64,000 nt of DNA from Mobula hypostoma (Eukaryota). Both the position numbers and the translations under genes were made by a program. Below the pieces are notes generated by a model that saw only the letters and a program-made list of their open reading frames with translations, was not told the DNA's origin and searched no databases. The stretch lies in NCBI RefSeq assembly GCF_963921235.1, contig NC_086108.1, positions 73,968,001 through 74,032,000 of the forward strand, given 5' to 3'. How positions within the stretch are numbered: the first letter of the stretch is position 1; every line of letters starts with the position of its first letter. Shown piece by piece: positions 37,660 to 49,786 of this stretch.

Positions 37660-38280
37660 TGTGTTGAAACTCTGACTAAACACCAAGTTAAACCGGAGCC
37701 AATGAAGACAGAGTCATAGTAAGGTTAACCATTCCACATTAACATCGTATAGTGAAAACTGTTGATAAAAAAAATACAAACATATACAACGTCTGTTTCA
37801 TTCTGGAGACCACGCGCACTCTCTTTTAGCGAGTGTCTCCAACCGCCCTGAGTAGATAGTGAGGGGGTCGCGTCAAACTGCCGCCAGGCCAGAGCCCATC
37901 CCGCGTTTCAAATTGAAAAGCCGACAGAAACCGCTTCCCTTAACAGAAACCGCATTAATATTTTTACTTCAAATACTTTGTTATGAACTAACGGCATTGC
38001 TTCCATAATGTTTCTTTGTGGGTAGACACGGAGCTCTTCACGATCATGCTGCATGCAAGGCACCCACCTTTACACCTTCCCGAACCGGAGGTTACACATA
38101 AGACGCAGCGAAGCCAGAGGTGATGTCATCACATGCCATAATAGACCATAGACAATGAATTTACCTTTGTTAGACTGTAACATAATTATCAACTTTTAAC
38201 TTTAACTAGAAAATAGTTACAAATAAAGCATTTAAAGCGTAGACCCAACAAAGTCAAATAAATGCCTTAAGGGCAACACA
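37660..38280. repeat. CpG-richer interspersed repeat, possibly a solo LTR
   Basis: TGTGTTG...CAACACA termini and more CpG than the flanks; no clear TSD. Confidence 0.3.
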
Positions 38281-39224
38281 ACGACACTGAAGCTATGCTC
38301 ATTATAGAAAAACAATGTATATAGCTACTGAATAATTGAGGATTTTATATTTTATATTCCATTACTTAACTAACGGATCAATCAATCTTCATCGCACAAA
38401 TGAGGTCAATCTATTAAACACAGTTAATTTCTGCAACAGACAATTAGCTAGCCAGATACAAATCATTTAGAAAAATAAGTTACATTCAGTGATGAGCAAA
38501 TAATGCCAGGGTAGGATTTTCTTCTAAATTCTACAAAATTTATAATTTACAGTTTAGCTTCACGTGTAGAGAGCAAGTTAAATGAGATTGATAATTTCAG
38601 AAGCAACATCAAATTCATGTTCGCATCATATATGGATGTCAGCATATTCGGAAACCATGGAAAGAATGAGAAAGTTACACAGAAATTAATCTTTTTGTAT
38701 CTTATAGACAAGGTAACCAACCTACTTTATTGGACTAATGATGCACAGTTATCGACAAGATTTTAACTTACATGAAACAAGAAGGGAAGATTTATCACTG
38801 AGAAAAAATGAAAACAGATGTTCCTCCTTATTTTCAACATCATAACCCTTCCAAGTTTTACAAGAGTATTTACAGCCACCTTGAAAGTTATTGGCTCTCA
38901 TTAAAATTCTTAGCTACAGCTATTGCCTTTAGATGCCACAACATTTACCAAAACAAAGTACTAAGTATAATGTTCTGGCATTTACAGTAATTTACTGCAA
39001 TTGACATAGAAATGGCTCCATGGATTTGTATTAGCTTCGACACTGGTCACTGCTCGTCACCTAATAAACAATCCGATGTCGTGTTCAGTGTTCCACCACC
39101 TGAAGTCAATTGAGACAGCTTGTCATAACAATTTGTATCAATGATAATAAATAAAATTTCTGAAGAAAATTTGAGTCACTGTGTACTGTCGGAAGCCCGG
39201 TATAGAGATGTCTGAATACATGCA

Positions 39225-39640
39225 ATGGTCATCAAGTGACAGAACACTACTGCTCAGAAACAGGCACTTTGACCAATCTAGTCCGAGCCAAAATATGTAT
39301 CTGCCTAGTCCCTATGACCTGCATCCAGACAATAGCCCTCCATACCCCTGTATGTACCAATCCAATTCTCTCTTAATTGTTGAAGTCGAACCCACATCCA
39401 CCACTTCTACTGGCAGATCATTGCACACTCTCACCATCCTTAGTGAAGAAGTTTCTCCCTCATGTTCCCCTTCCGCATTTCATCTTTCACCTTTAAACCA
39501 TGACCCTAGTCTCCCCCAATCTCAGTGGAAAAAGCCTGGTTACATTTACCCCTCGTCATTTTATATACCTCTATCAAATTTTCACTCATTCTCCTACATT
39601 CTTGGGAAAAATGTCCTAACCTATTCAACCTTTCCCTGAT
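39225..39640 (-). mobile_element. CR1 3' fragment
   Basis: Similar to 23448-23870. Confidence 0.65.
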
Positions 39641-39664
39641 GTCCAAAGACACAAAACAGTTTCA

Positions 39665-39925
39665 TGATTTTCAGAGAAGACACAAATGCTGGAAAGCAGA
39701 ACAATACACAAAATGCTAGAATCTGAATGGTCTCGGCCCAAAACATCAACTGCACTCTTTTCCAAAGCTGCTGCCTGGCCTGCTGAGCTCCTCCAGCATT
39801 TTGTGTGTTGCTTGCATTTCCACCATCTGCAGGTTTTCTCTTGTTTGTGCTCAAAGAATTCACCAGGTCAGGCAGCATCTGTGGAAGAAAGAGAGTAAAG
39901 GTTTTGGGTCAAGACCACATCTCAA
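39665..39925. mobile_element. Rearranged degenerate Penelope pLTR pieces
   Basis: GGTCTCGGCCCAAAACATCAACTG...GCTGCCTGGCCTGCTGAG plus inverted pieces. Further very old pLTR remnants lie at ~37350-37440 and ~40590-40690. Confidence 0.65.
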
Positions 39926-41013
39926 GAATAGATGTGGTGCAGACTCAGATTGCAATGAGGAAGTTACAAGAAATTAAATCTATTTTGGTGTATATTAAAG
40001 GAAACCAGATCGATCAAGTGCTGGTCAATAGAATTCAGTGTTAGGATTTAGGTTCAGGCACATCCTAGAAGCTGGCAAGCCAAAGATGAATTCAGCAATG
40101 CTGAATAGCCGCAAGACTGATCAAAAGATTGTGTCATACATTAAACATAAAATGGCGTTTGTTCCTTTAACCCAATGTTCTTAACCTAATTACCACAATA
40201 TATGATATGGCCATGGCTACATAAATTAATTCCTGTGTATCCATTTTAAAAATAGGATATCACCCAAATCATAGCAACATGCTCATGTGTCTTAAATAGT
40301 TCACAGATTGAGAACTAGTGCCATTAATCCTTTTAAATGACAGGCAATGTTCATTATGGATTAAGACATTCTAAAGAGTGCCTTATCATTGATAGGAAAT
40401 ACAGTCATGATTATTATGCCAAATGGTATTGCTATCCACCAATACAATCACATATTGTAAAATCAATTAATTACATGTGTGATTGTGTTAATATTGAAGT
40501 GTGAAGATCCAAAGTGGTCAAAAGAGTCAATTGCATGCAATTTCTTCAATGAAGCTGCCTTGAACTTCAAAACTACCATTTTATCTCTCTTGCCAAGTTC
40601 TGACAAAGGATGACTGCCCTTAATGTTAGTTTGCATTCTCTTTCCACAGTTGTCACCCAACTAGCTGAGTGTTTCCAGCATTTTCTATCTTCAGCCAAAA
40701 TGTAATAATCATCTGAATTTATTTTTGGTTGAGAAATAAGAACCACCAGCCTGCCTTAGGGCAGTATCACCTCCCCAGTGTTGATTACGTATGCTTAAAA
40801 TGTATTAGTATTGTACATCTGTTTGGAGTTCCCCACTAAAATCGCTGGAAAATCCTGTGCCTAACACTGAAAACACCAGAGAAAGACAGAGCTGCAGCCT
40901 CCCTTGTTGCAGAAGTACAATGGAAATGATACTGCACAAAGGGAGTATAAATATTGAAAATTTGTAACAAACAGGAAATGGTGGAAATACTCAGAAATTT
41001 AGGCAACTTGGAC

Positions 41014-41049
41014 AGAGAGAGACACACAGAGAGAGAGAGAGAGAGAGAG
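41014..41049. repeat. (GA)n/(CA)n microsatellite
   Basis: Seen directly; a shorter (GA)n is at ~1155-1170. Confidence 0.9.
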
Positions 41050-44000
41050 AAATGTTTTAGCTTGATAGTTGTTCATTTTCTATAATGAACTATATAGCAG
41101 ATAAAGGGAAGAACAGGAGGGACAAAACAGCAAAATAATCAGATCACAACTGGGTACATATCAGGAATTACAATTTGGATAAAGGAACATATTACAGGGC
41201 ATTAATAAGTGGCATTGGGGAAAAAACAAAATATGGATTCAGGAAAGTTATTCCCATGCTGCAGCTAAAGGTAAAGCAACAGCATTTCTCGGTGACCTGA
41301 AAGAAAGGTTCACCATGGAGATCTTGGAATCCATGATGTGAACTTGCAGTTTCCGACACGCACTAATGTCAGGGATCAGTTCAACATAATCATCAGTTCC
41401 CAGGAGATGCAAAGGCATCATGCTAGCTGGGAAAAAAAAACAAATAGAGAAGTGGCATAGACAGTAAGTATTTATTAACCGACTTTTCAAACAATAATTG
41501 CTGGCTTAAGCTTGCCATGAAAACTCACTTCAATATCAAGATTTACAAGATATTTATTGTGAAGCTGGCTTTTTGCAAACTAGAATTAACAACAGTTCAC
41601 ATGTTGGAGAAGGCTTAAAAAAAACAGAATATTAAGGTGCAGAAAATTTGGGGTTTTCACATTAACCTGCAGATGCACAAAAATCTTGACTTTTTTTCCA
41701 TTGTGTCACAAAACATCAAGAGTGAACGCTGGTATTTTGCTGTTGCTACCAGTACAGAATCCAGACCTCTGCGAAACATAATTAAACAAGAGACTAATGT
41801 TGAATTTTCAATTGTACAGAATAAACATTATCATTTATCATAATTCTGGACAAGTATTTATGATTTTCCAGCTTGTGCACTGTCTACTATGTAACTAAAT
41901 TGATGGGATCTCTCTGTGAAACCATAAAAGGAAACTGCATTTTGCAACTCAAATGACATTAGGGACCAATTACAGAAATCCACAGACAAAAATGTAGAGT
42001 CTGCTCAGGAGAGACTGTCTCCATGGTTATAAACATCATGATTTACTCAAAGGATAGGAACTGAAATTTTTCATCCTTAGCTTTCCTACAACATGTACAG
42101 TCAAGCCCCAATGAAGACAAATTGTTCAAACACAACACTTTTTTTGTTAGAATTGCTCTTTGAACAATGTTCCACGCCTCATTGAGGGAAAGGAGGAACC
42201 AAGAATGCAGGAAAATTAGCATGATTGTTGGCAAAAAATAAGCATTTCAATGTTCTACAGACTAATCTCTGCCAAATGTTGTCGACAGCCCCTTGTCTGA
42301 AATGACCTTTGGATACAAAGGATATAAATCATTTCGGATTGAGACCATCAATTATCAATCCTACAGGCAGTCATTATAACCAACATAATTTGGTATTAAT
42401 AACCTCCTGACCACCACATTTCATTTCAATGGACCGAAAGATCTTGATAAATCATTGTCCCCAAGGTCTTCATACTCATACGTTAAACTAGAAATTATCA
42501 ATATCATTACAGAATGGATCTTAAATGTTATAAGATGTTTAGTTCAAGCAAATCTTTGGCAAGTATTATCAACAAAGTTAAGCCTCTAATGTTTTGTTTT
42601 TCCCTGATATTCCTGAGAATTAGAATGATGGATTTCAGGTATAGATGCCTTCTGAATGTTCAAAGATTTAAAAATTTAGAAGGGATTTAATATAACAGCA
42701 CAAGAATTTTGACTGTTAATACCTAGTCACCCAAGATAATCAGTAAAAATGTGAAAACTAAACGCATTTAAGGAAAATGGAAACCACAATTAGAGTGGAC
42801 TTAACTCATGAAATGCCACAAAATCAATCAAGCTTATAAAAATTTGTCAAGATAGTATAACATCATAAACGGTGAAATTCTTAAGAGCTACAAGCAAAGA
42901 TTACTTCAAAAATGTGCAATGGCTGTATGGCACAGAAGCTGAATAAACTGTCCGAAGTTAATTAAACACTTGGAATACACTCTTTCGTCAGAAAGTTGTG
43001 TTTCTTGACCATCAAGCACCATTTTTTCCAGCAACAAATACTGCAATAAATATAGATCCATGAACTATTATTAGGAGGCTATGTTTCAAAGAAAACAGCA
43101 ATTGTGAGGACTCAAAGCAGGAAACCCTAGCCAGCACCATCTAAAGAGAGAAAAAGCAGTTGACACAAATAGACCTGTAGAAGCAACGTCAAGGACATCA
43201 TAAGCAAGTGAGGAAAAGGACAAGAAAGAGACAAGCTTTGGCAACATCTAAGGTACCTCAACAAACTGGAGAAAAAATATGCCAAGTAACTACAGTGCAA
43301 CTTTTTTGCCATTCTGCACAAGTATCCTATAGAGTGGCAATGACAAAGTGTTGCACAGAAATCAGGTTAAATGGCAAGAGAAAAGAGAAATCAGAATTTG
43401 GTTTCATTTGAAAATAGTATAATAATTAATTCCACCCCCATTTCAGCAGAGGTAACAGAATGTCATACACACTTGAGAATGATTTATATAATCACGTTGT
43501 TTTGTAAATGATATTTTTTCAGGTTTTGTGGTTTTGAATTTTCAAAGAGATGGCTTATGACCACAACAACAAAACAGGGAAAATAGTTTAAATATACACA
43601 ATTAAACACGCATAAACCTTCTTCATGAATTTTCTTATTTGACTTTGTAGGAAATCCTGTGAGGAAATGCTGAAAACAAGTGAAACAATAGAACAGATGG
43701 TGCAAAAGTGAATGACTAGTTTCTTTTAGATTTTAGAAAGCTCAACCCAATTCAATAGAAACTCAGTTGTGGAATAGCACTAAAGAATATTCTTTCCTCT
43801 GACTAAGCATGAACCCAAATGGCTATTAACAAATCATTTAATAATTGAATATCCATCTTCAATTTACTATAGGTAATGTATAACCGTACTAAATTAACAA
43901 CTTTCCATCAAATTTCACTCTTAAAATCTAGAATGAACAAAGGACTTAACAATAAATATTGCTTGACATTTACTCACATAAAATAATATGAAAAATAATA

Positions 44001-45191
44001 CATCACAAAGAGATTTATCAGTCCTCATTTTTGTTTTTAAATACAGAGCAATAATTTTTCAGTGTAGAAACGCTGATGATAAACTGGAAATGTGAAAAAT
44101 CTTGAACAGGTCAGACAAAAGAAACAGGAAAAAATACCTCCTGCACCAAGGGCTCAGGTTTTGAGAATATATCATAAGCAAAGCGAAACAAATAGAGGAT
44201 GAAGGAAATGAGAAACATTCACACAAGCTAGACATACAGTCTCCAAGCAAATAAGGAATCTGAATAGCAAACAACTTACAATCATCTGCCATTTAATTTT
44301 TCTTTTAAGTAGAATCAATATTTTCCTGTTACAAGGCAACTTTACCAATTTTCAGAAGTCTCTAAATTAGAATGCATTCCAATTTTCTGAGTGTATGCAA
44401 CAATTGAACCATTTCACCTCCGTGACTTAAGTTTTACAGCCAAAGCTAGTTTAGGAATCACAACTTAAGCAGGTTTATTCCATTAAATATGGATCAGAAT
44501 TTAGGTCATGTTTGGCAGAAAAGATCTTTTAAATCTTGAGCTCTGGACAAATGCTCTGTTAATTGTTAAATTATTACAACATTAACCTGCGCAGCATCTA
44601 GCCACAAAATGATATAAGGTATACACTAGACCTTTAAGGAAATTAATTTAACACACCTCTCTCAGAAAGGCAGCGTCCATTATTAAGAACCCCCAGCACC
44701 CAGTGCATGCCCTTTTCTCACTGTTACCTTCAGGTAGGAGGTACAGAAGCCTGAAGGCACACACTCAGCGATTCAGAAACAGCTTTTTCCCTTCGGCCAT
44801 CCGTTTCCTAAATGGACATTGAACCCGTGAACACCATCTCACTTTTTTTAATATACAATTATTTTAGTTTTTTGCACATAAGAAATAGGAGCAGAGTAGA
44901 ATTTCTCTTCAGATCAAGAAGACAGCGGTAAGAGGCTAAGGATTTCCAGCGAGAAGACATTTTATTTCTCGGAGTAGGAGAGAGGCCAGACTGCGCAGGC
45001 CCATGACGTCAGACAGTTGAGCGCGAACAATTTGAAAAGGAAACCGCCATATCCAGCAGGCAGCGTCAGAGCGGGCTGCGGAGTGAGAAGGTGCAGAGTG
45101 AAAGGGCTTTGGCTCAACGGGCTTCGGCGGAGACGGGAAGAGGCTTCCTGCGACCATTGAGTCTCATAGTAATGGAGTAAGTTACAGTTTT

Positions 45192-46082
45192 TTGGTATTT
45201 AGTACAAACAGTAGCACTAGAGGTATGCATCTAGGATTAGTGTTGTGCTTGGAGTGCCAGATGTGGGGACCCTGGGAGACTCCCAGCCTCCCCAAGAATT
45301 ACATCTGCACCAGGTGTACTGAGATGAGGCTCCTGAAGGACCGTGTTAAGGAGTTGGAGATGGAAATTGATGACCTTTGGCTAATTTGGGAAAGTGAGGA
45401 GATGATAGATACTACCTATAGAGAGGTAGTGGATAGCACCCCTGTGACAGTCCCCCTCAGAAATCGATATATCGTTTTGGATACTGTTGAAGAGGCAGAC
45501 CCGACAGAGGAGGACCACAGTGAACGAGACTCTGGCATTCTGCCCAGTGCCGAAATCAAGAGAGCAAGAAGAAACGCGGTAGTTATAGGGGATTCCATCA
45601 TAAGGGGGACGGACAAGAGATTCTGCGAGACGGACAAGGATACCCGGATGATGTGTTGCCTCCCTGGTGCCAAAGTACGGGATGTCTCAGATCGAGTCCA
45701 AAGTATTCTGAGGAGAGAGGGCGAGCAGCCGGAAGTCTTGGTACATGTTGGTACCAATGACATAGACAGAAAAAGAGAGGAGGTCCTGAAGAAAGTTTAC
45801 TGGGAGCTAGGAAGAAAATTGAAACGCCGGACCTCCAGAGTAATAATATCAGGATTGCTGCCTGAGCTGCACGCTAATGATGGTAAGAATAGCAGAATTA
45901 AGCAGATGAATGTGTGGCTAAGTAATTGGTGCAGGTGTCAGGGCTTCAAATTCTTGAATCATTGGGATCTATTTTGGGGAAGGTATAACTTATACAAAAA
46001 AGATGGATTACGCCTGAACTCAAAAGGTACTAATATCCTGGAGGGATTGTTTAATATAGCTGTTAGGGAGGGTTTAAACTAA
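45192..46082 (+). CDS. CR1 ORF1p: zinc-finger (CxxC...CxxC), coiled coil and SGNH esterase domain
   Basis: Open 296-aa frame with CLEC..CTRC, VVIGDSII, VHVGTND and DGLRLN. The likely ATG is at 45225 (MHLGLV). Confidence 0.85.
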   Translation: MVFSTNSSTRGMHLGLVLCLECQMWGPWETPSLPKNYICTRCTEMRLLKDRVKELEMEIDDLWLIWESEEMIDTTYREVVDSTPVTVPLRNRYIVLDTVEEADPTEEDHSERDSGILPSAEIKRARRNAVVIGDSIIRGTDKRFCETDKDTRMMCCLPGAKVRDVSDRVQSILRREGEQPEVLVHVGTNDIDRKREEVLKKVYWELGRKLKRRTSRVIISGLLPELHANDGKNSRIKQMNVWLSNWCRCQGFKFLNHWDLFWGRYNLYKKDGLRLNSKGTNILEGLFNIAVREGLN

Positions 46083-46183
46083 GTTGGCAAGGGGAAGGAA
46101 ACCAAGGTGTTAAGGTCGAGGAACAGGAAAATAGAAATAAGTCAAAAATACTGTGCAGCAAAGATGGCAAGAAGGACAGGCCG

Positions 46184-49038
46184 GTGAATATACAGGATAA
46201 TTTGCTGCAAAATAGAAACATAACAAAATCAGCAACAAATACTGATCTAAATGTACTGTACTTAAATGCATGCAGCATCAGAAATAAAGTGGATGACCTT
46301 ACTGCACAGCTACAGGTTAAAAGATATGACATTGTGGCCATCACCGAGTCATGGCTAAATGATGGATGTCATTGGGAGCTGAATATCCAAGGATACACAG
46401 TGTATAGGAAAGATAGGAAGGTAGGTAAAGGGGGTGGCGTGGCCCTGATGGTAAGTAACGATATCAAATCAATAGAAAGAAGGGACATAGGATCAGAAGA
46501 GGTAGAATCCTTATGGGTAGAATTAAGAAATGGCAAGGGTAAAAAGACACTAACAGCAGTTATATACAGACCTCCAACAGCAGCCAGGATGTGGACTACA
46601 AGTTGCAGCTGGAAATAGAAAAAGGGTGTCAGAAGGAAAATGTCAAGATAATTATGGGGGATTTTAATATGAAAGTGGATTGGGAAAGTCAGGAAGGTAA
46701 TGGATCTCAGGAGAGGGAGTTTGTAGAATGCCTACAGGATGGCTTTTTGGAGCAGCTTGTCCAGAAGCCCACCAGGGGACCGGCTGTTTTGGATTGGATG
46801 CTGTGTACCAAACCTGAGGCGATTGGGGAGCTGGAGGTAAAGGAACCCCTCGGAAGTAGTGATCATAATATGATTGAGTTCAGTTTCAAATTTGAAAAGG
46901 CGAAGCTGGTATCAGGTATATCGATATTTCAGTGGAACAGGGGAAATTACAGTGGTATGAGAGAGGAACTAGCCCCAAGTCGATTGGAAAAGTAAGCTAA
47001 ATGGAGGGACAGCAGAGCAGAATTGGATGAAATTCCTACAAGAAATAAAGAAAATGCAGGAAAAATATATTCCAAGAAGAAAGAAAATCATGAATGGAAA
47101 AATGGCACAAATGTGGCTAACAAGAGAGGTTAAGGCAAAAATAAAAGCAAAAGAAACGGCGTACAAGGAAGCAAAAATTAGTGGGAAAAATGAGGACTGG
47201 AAGACTTTTAAAAACTTACAGAAGGAAACTAAGAAAGTCATTAGGAAAGAAAAGATGAATTATGAAAGGAAGTTGGCGATTAACATAAAAAAGGATACTA
47301 AGAGTTTTTTTAAATATATGAAGAGTAAAAGAGTGACAAGGGTAGATACGAGACCGATTGAAAACGATGCTAGAGAAATTATAATGGATAATAAAGAGAT
47401 GGCGGAGGAACTGAATGAGTATTTTGCATCAGTCTTCACAGTGGAAGACATGAGCAATATACCTGATAGCCAGAGGTATCAGAGGATAGAATTAGGTACA
47501 GTCAAGATTACTAGAGAGAAAGTGCTTGGGAAGCTAAGTGGACTAAGAATAGATAAGTCTCCCGGTCCAGATGAGGTGCACCCAAGGGTTCTAAAGGAGG
47601 TGACTTTGGAGATTGTGGAAGCATTGGAAATGATCTTCCAGGAATCAATAGACTCTGGCATGGTTCCGGAGGACTGGAAGGTCGCAAATGTAGTTCCGCT
47701 ATTTAAGAAAGGAAGGAGGTAGCAAAAAGAAAATTACAGACCTATTAGTCTGACATCGGTAGTTGGAAAGATATTGGAGTCAATCCTCAAGGACGAGGTT
47801 ATGAAATACCACGAGGTTTATGACAAGATAGGCCGAAGCCAGCATGGTTTCATGAAGGGAAAATCCTGCCTCACCAACCTATTAGAATTTTTTGAGGTAA
47901 TCTCGAATAAGATTGACAAGGGAGAGGATGTGGATGTTGTGTATTTGGATTTTCAAAAGGCCTTTGATAAGGTGCCGCATATGAGGCTGCTTAATAAGAT
48001 GAGAGCCCATGGAATTATAGGAAAGATATTGAAATGGGTAGAGCATTGGCTGATAGGCAGAAAGCAAAGGGTGGGAATAAAGGGATCCTATTCTGATTGG
48101 TTGCCGGTTACTAGTGGTGTTCCGCAGGGGTCGGTGTTGGGGCCGCTTCTTTTTACGATGTATATCGATGATTTGGATTATGGATTAAATGGTTTTGTGG
48201 CTAAATTTGCGGATGACACCAAGATAGGTGGAGGAGCAGGAAATGTTGAAGAAACGGAAAGGTTGCAGAGAGACTTAGTTAGTTTAGGAGAGTGGGCAAA
48301 GAAGTGGCAGATGAGATACAACGTTGACAAATGTACTGTTGTACATTTCGGAAGAAGAAATAATCAGGCAGATTATTATTTAGATGGGAAGAAAATTCAA
48401 AAATCAGAAGTGCAAAGAGACTTGGGGGTCCTCGTGCAGGATACCCTAAAGATTACCCACCAAGTTGGATCGGCGGTAAGGAAAGCAAATGCTACGTTGG
48501 CATTCATTTCAAGAGGAATAGCGTATAAGAGTAAGGAGGTGTTGATGAGGCTCTATGGGGCATTAGTGAGACCTCATTTGGAATACTGTGTGCAGTTTTG
48601 GGCCCCCTATCTTAGAAAGGATGAACTGATGTTGGAGAGAGTTCAGAGAAGATTTACAAGGATGATTCCTGGAATGCAGGGGCTAACATATGAGGAGCGT
48701 TTGCCGGCTCTAGGATTGTATTCATTATAGAAGAATGAGAGGGGATCTCATAGAAACGTTTCGAATGTTCAAAGGGTTGGGCAGAGTAGATGTGGAAAGG
48801 TTGTTTCCCTTGGTGGGTGAGTCCAGGACAAGAAGCCATAGTCTTAGAATTAGAGGGTACCCAGTTAAAACAGATGAGGGGAAATTTTTTTAGCCAGAGG
48901 GTCGTGGATTTGTGGAATTCGTTGCCACATACAGCTGTGGAGGCCCGATCATTGAGGGTGTTTAAGGAGGAGATTGACAGGTATCTAATTCGTCAGAGTA
49001 TCAAGGGATATGGGGAAAAAGCCGGAAATTGGAACTAG
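46184..49038 (+). pseudogene. CR1 ORF2 (APE endonuclease + RT), frameshifted
   Basis: Consecutive ORF pieces 46184-46618, 46591-46995, 47027-47722 (TAG) and 47774-48730, then the C-terminus in other frames. Confidence 0.9.
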
Positions 49039-49128
49039 ATGGGTGAATAGTTTAGCTCATGGGGGAGCTGCGGAGCAGACTCGATGGGCCGAATGCCCTA
49101 CTTCTGCTCCTTTGTCTTGTGATCTTGT

Positions 49129-49411
49129 GAGTAAGCCATCCAGCGCATCGAGCCTGCCCCGCCATTCAATAAGATCATGGCTGATCTGTCCGTAAACTCA
49201 GCTCCATCCACCTGCTTTTTCTCCATAACCCTGAATTCCCCTACTATGTAAAACTCTATTTGTTTCTTAAATATATTTAGTGAAGAAGCCTCAACTGCTT
49301 CCCTGGGAACAGAATTCCACAGATTCACCACTCTCTGGGAACAACAATTTCTCCTCATCTCTGTCCTAAATCTTCTCCTCTGAATCTTGAGGCAATGTCC
49401 CCTAGTTCTAG
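49129..49411 (-). mobile_element. CR1 3' fragment (its tail piece is at ~44876-44898), host of the full-length CR1
   Basis: Minus ORF 49098-49358 (MRRNCCSQRVVNLWNSVPREAVEA). Confidence 0.8.
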
Positions 49412-49646
49412 ATGCATGATTTTAATCTATTCAATATATGCATTCTGTGATTTTTTATTATTTTTTCTTCTTCTACATTATGTAGTGCATTGAAGTGCTA
49501 AGTTAACAAATTTCACAACACATTTTGGTGATAATAAACCTCATTCTGTTTTTGATTATAAATAGCTATAAGTTGCCCAAACTGAAAAGTAACTCAAAAA
49601 ACCAATAAACAAGCTGTATATTATTATACAGCTGTGACCGTATATA

Positions 49647-49782
49647 CAGTGGCATGCAAATATTTGGGCACCACTGGTCAAAATTTCTGTTACTGTGAAT
49701 AGCTAAGCGAGTAAAAGATGAACTGATTTCCAAAAGGCATAAAGTTAAAGATGACACATTTCTTTAATATTTTAAGCAAGAA
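49647..49782 (+). mobile_element. Tc1-like transposon terminal fragment
   Basis: TA|CAGTGGCATGCAAATATTTGGGCACC is a typical Tc1 TIR start; no partner TIR was seen. Confidence 0.65.
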
Positions 49783-49786
49783 AACA

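Larger units (their letters stand above)
44899..49128 (+). mobile_element. Full-length CR1 LINE (5' UTR, ORF1, ORF2 with several lesions)
   Basis: CpG-rich 5' UTR; ORF1 45192-46082; ORF2 endonuclease (YLNACSIRNK, AITESWL, MGDFN, SDH) and RT (FADD); TCTTGTGA tail; TSD GAGTA (44894-44898, 49129-49133). Confidence 0.95.
44651..49556 (+). mobile_element. Rex/Babar-type 3' fragment split by nested CR1 insertions (pieces ~44651-44876 and ~49412-49556)
   Basis: Translates KAASIIKNPQHPVHALFSLLPSGRRYRSLKAHTQRFRNSFFPSAIRFLN. The 3' UTR resumes after 49411 and ends GTGATAATAAACC. Confidence 0.7.
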
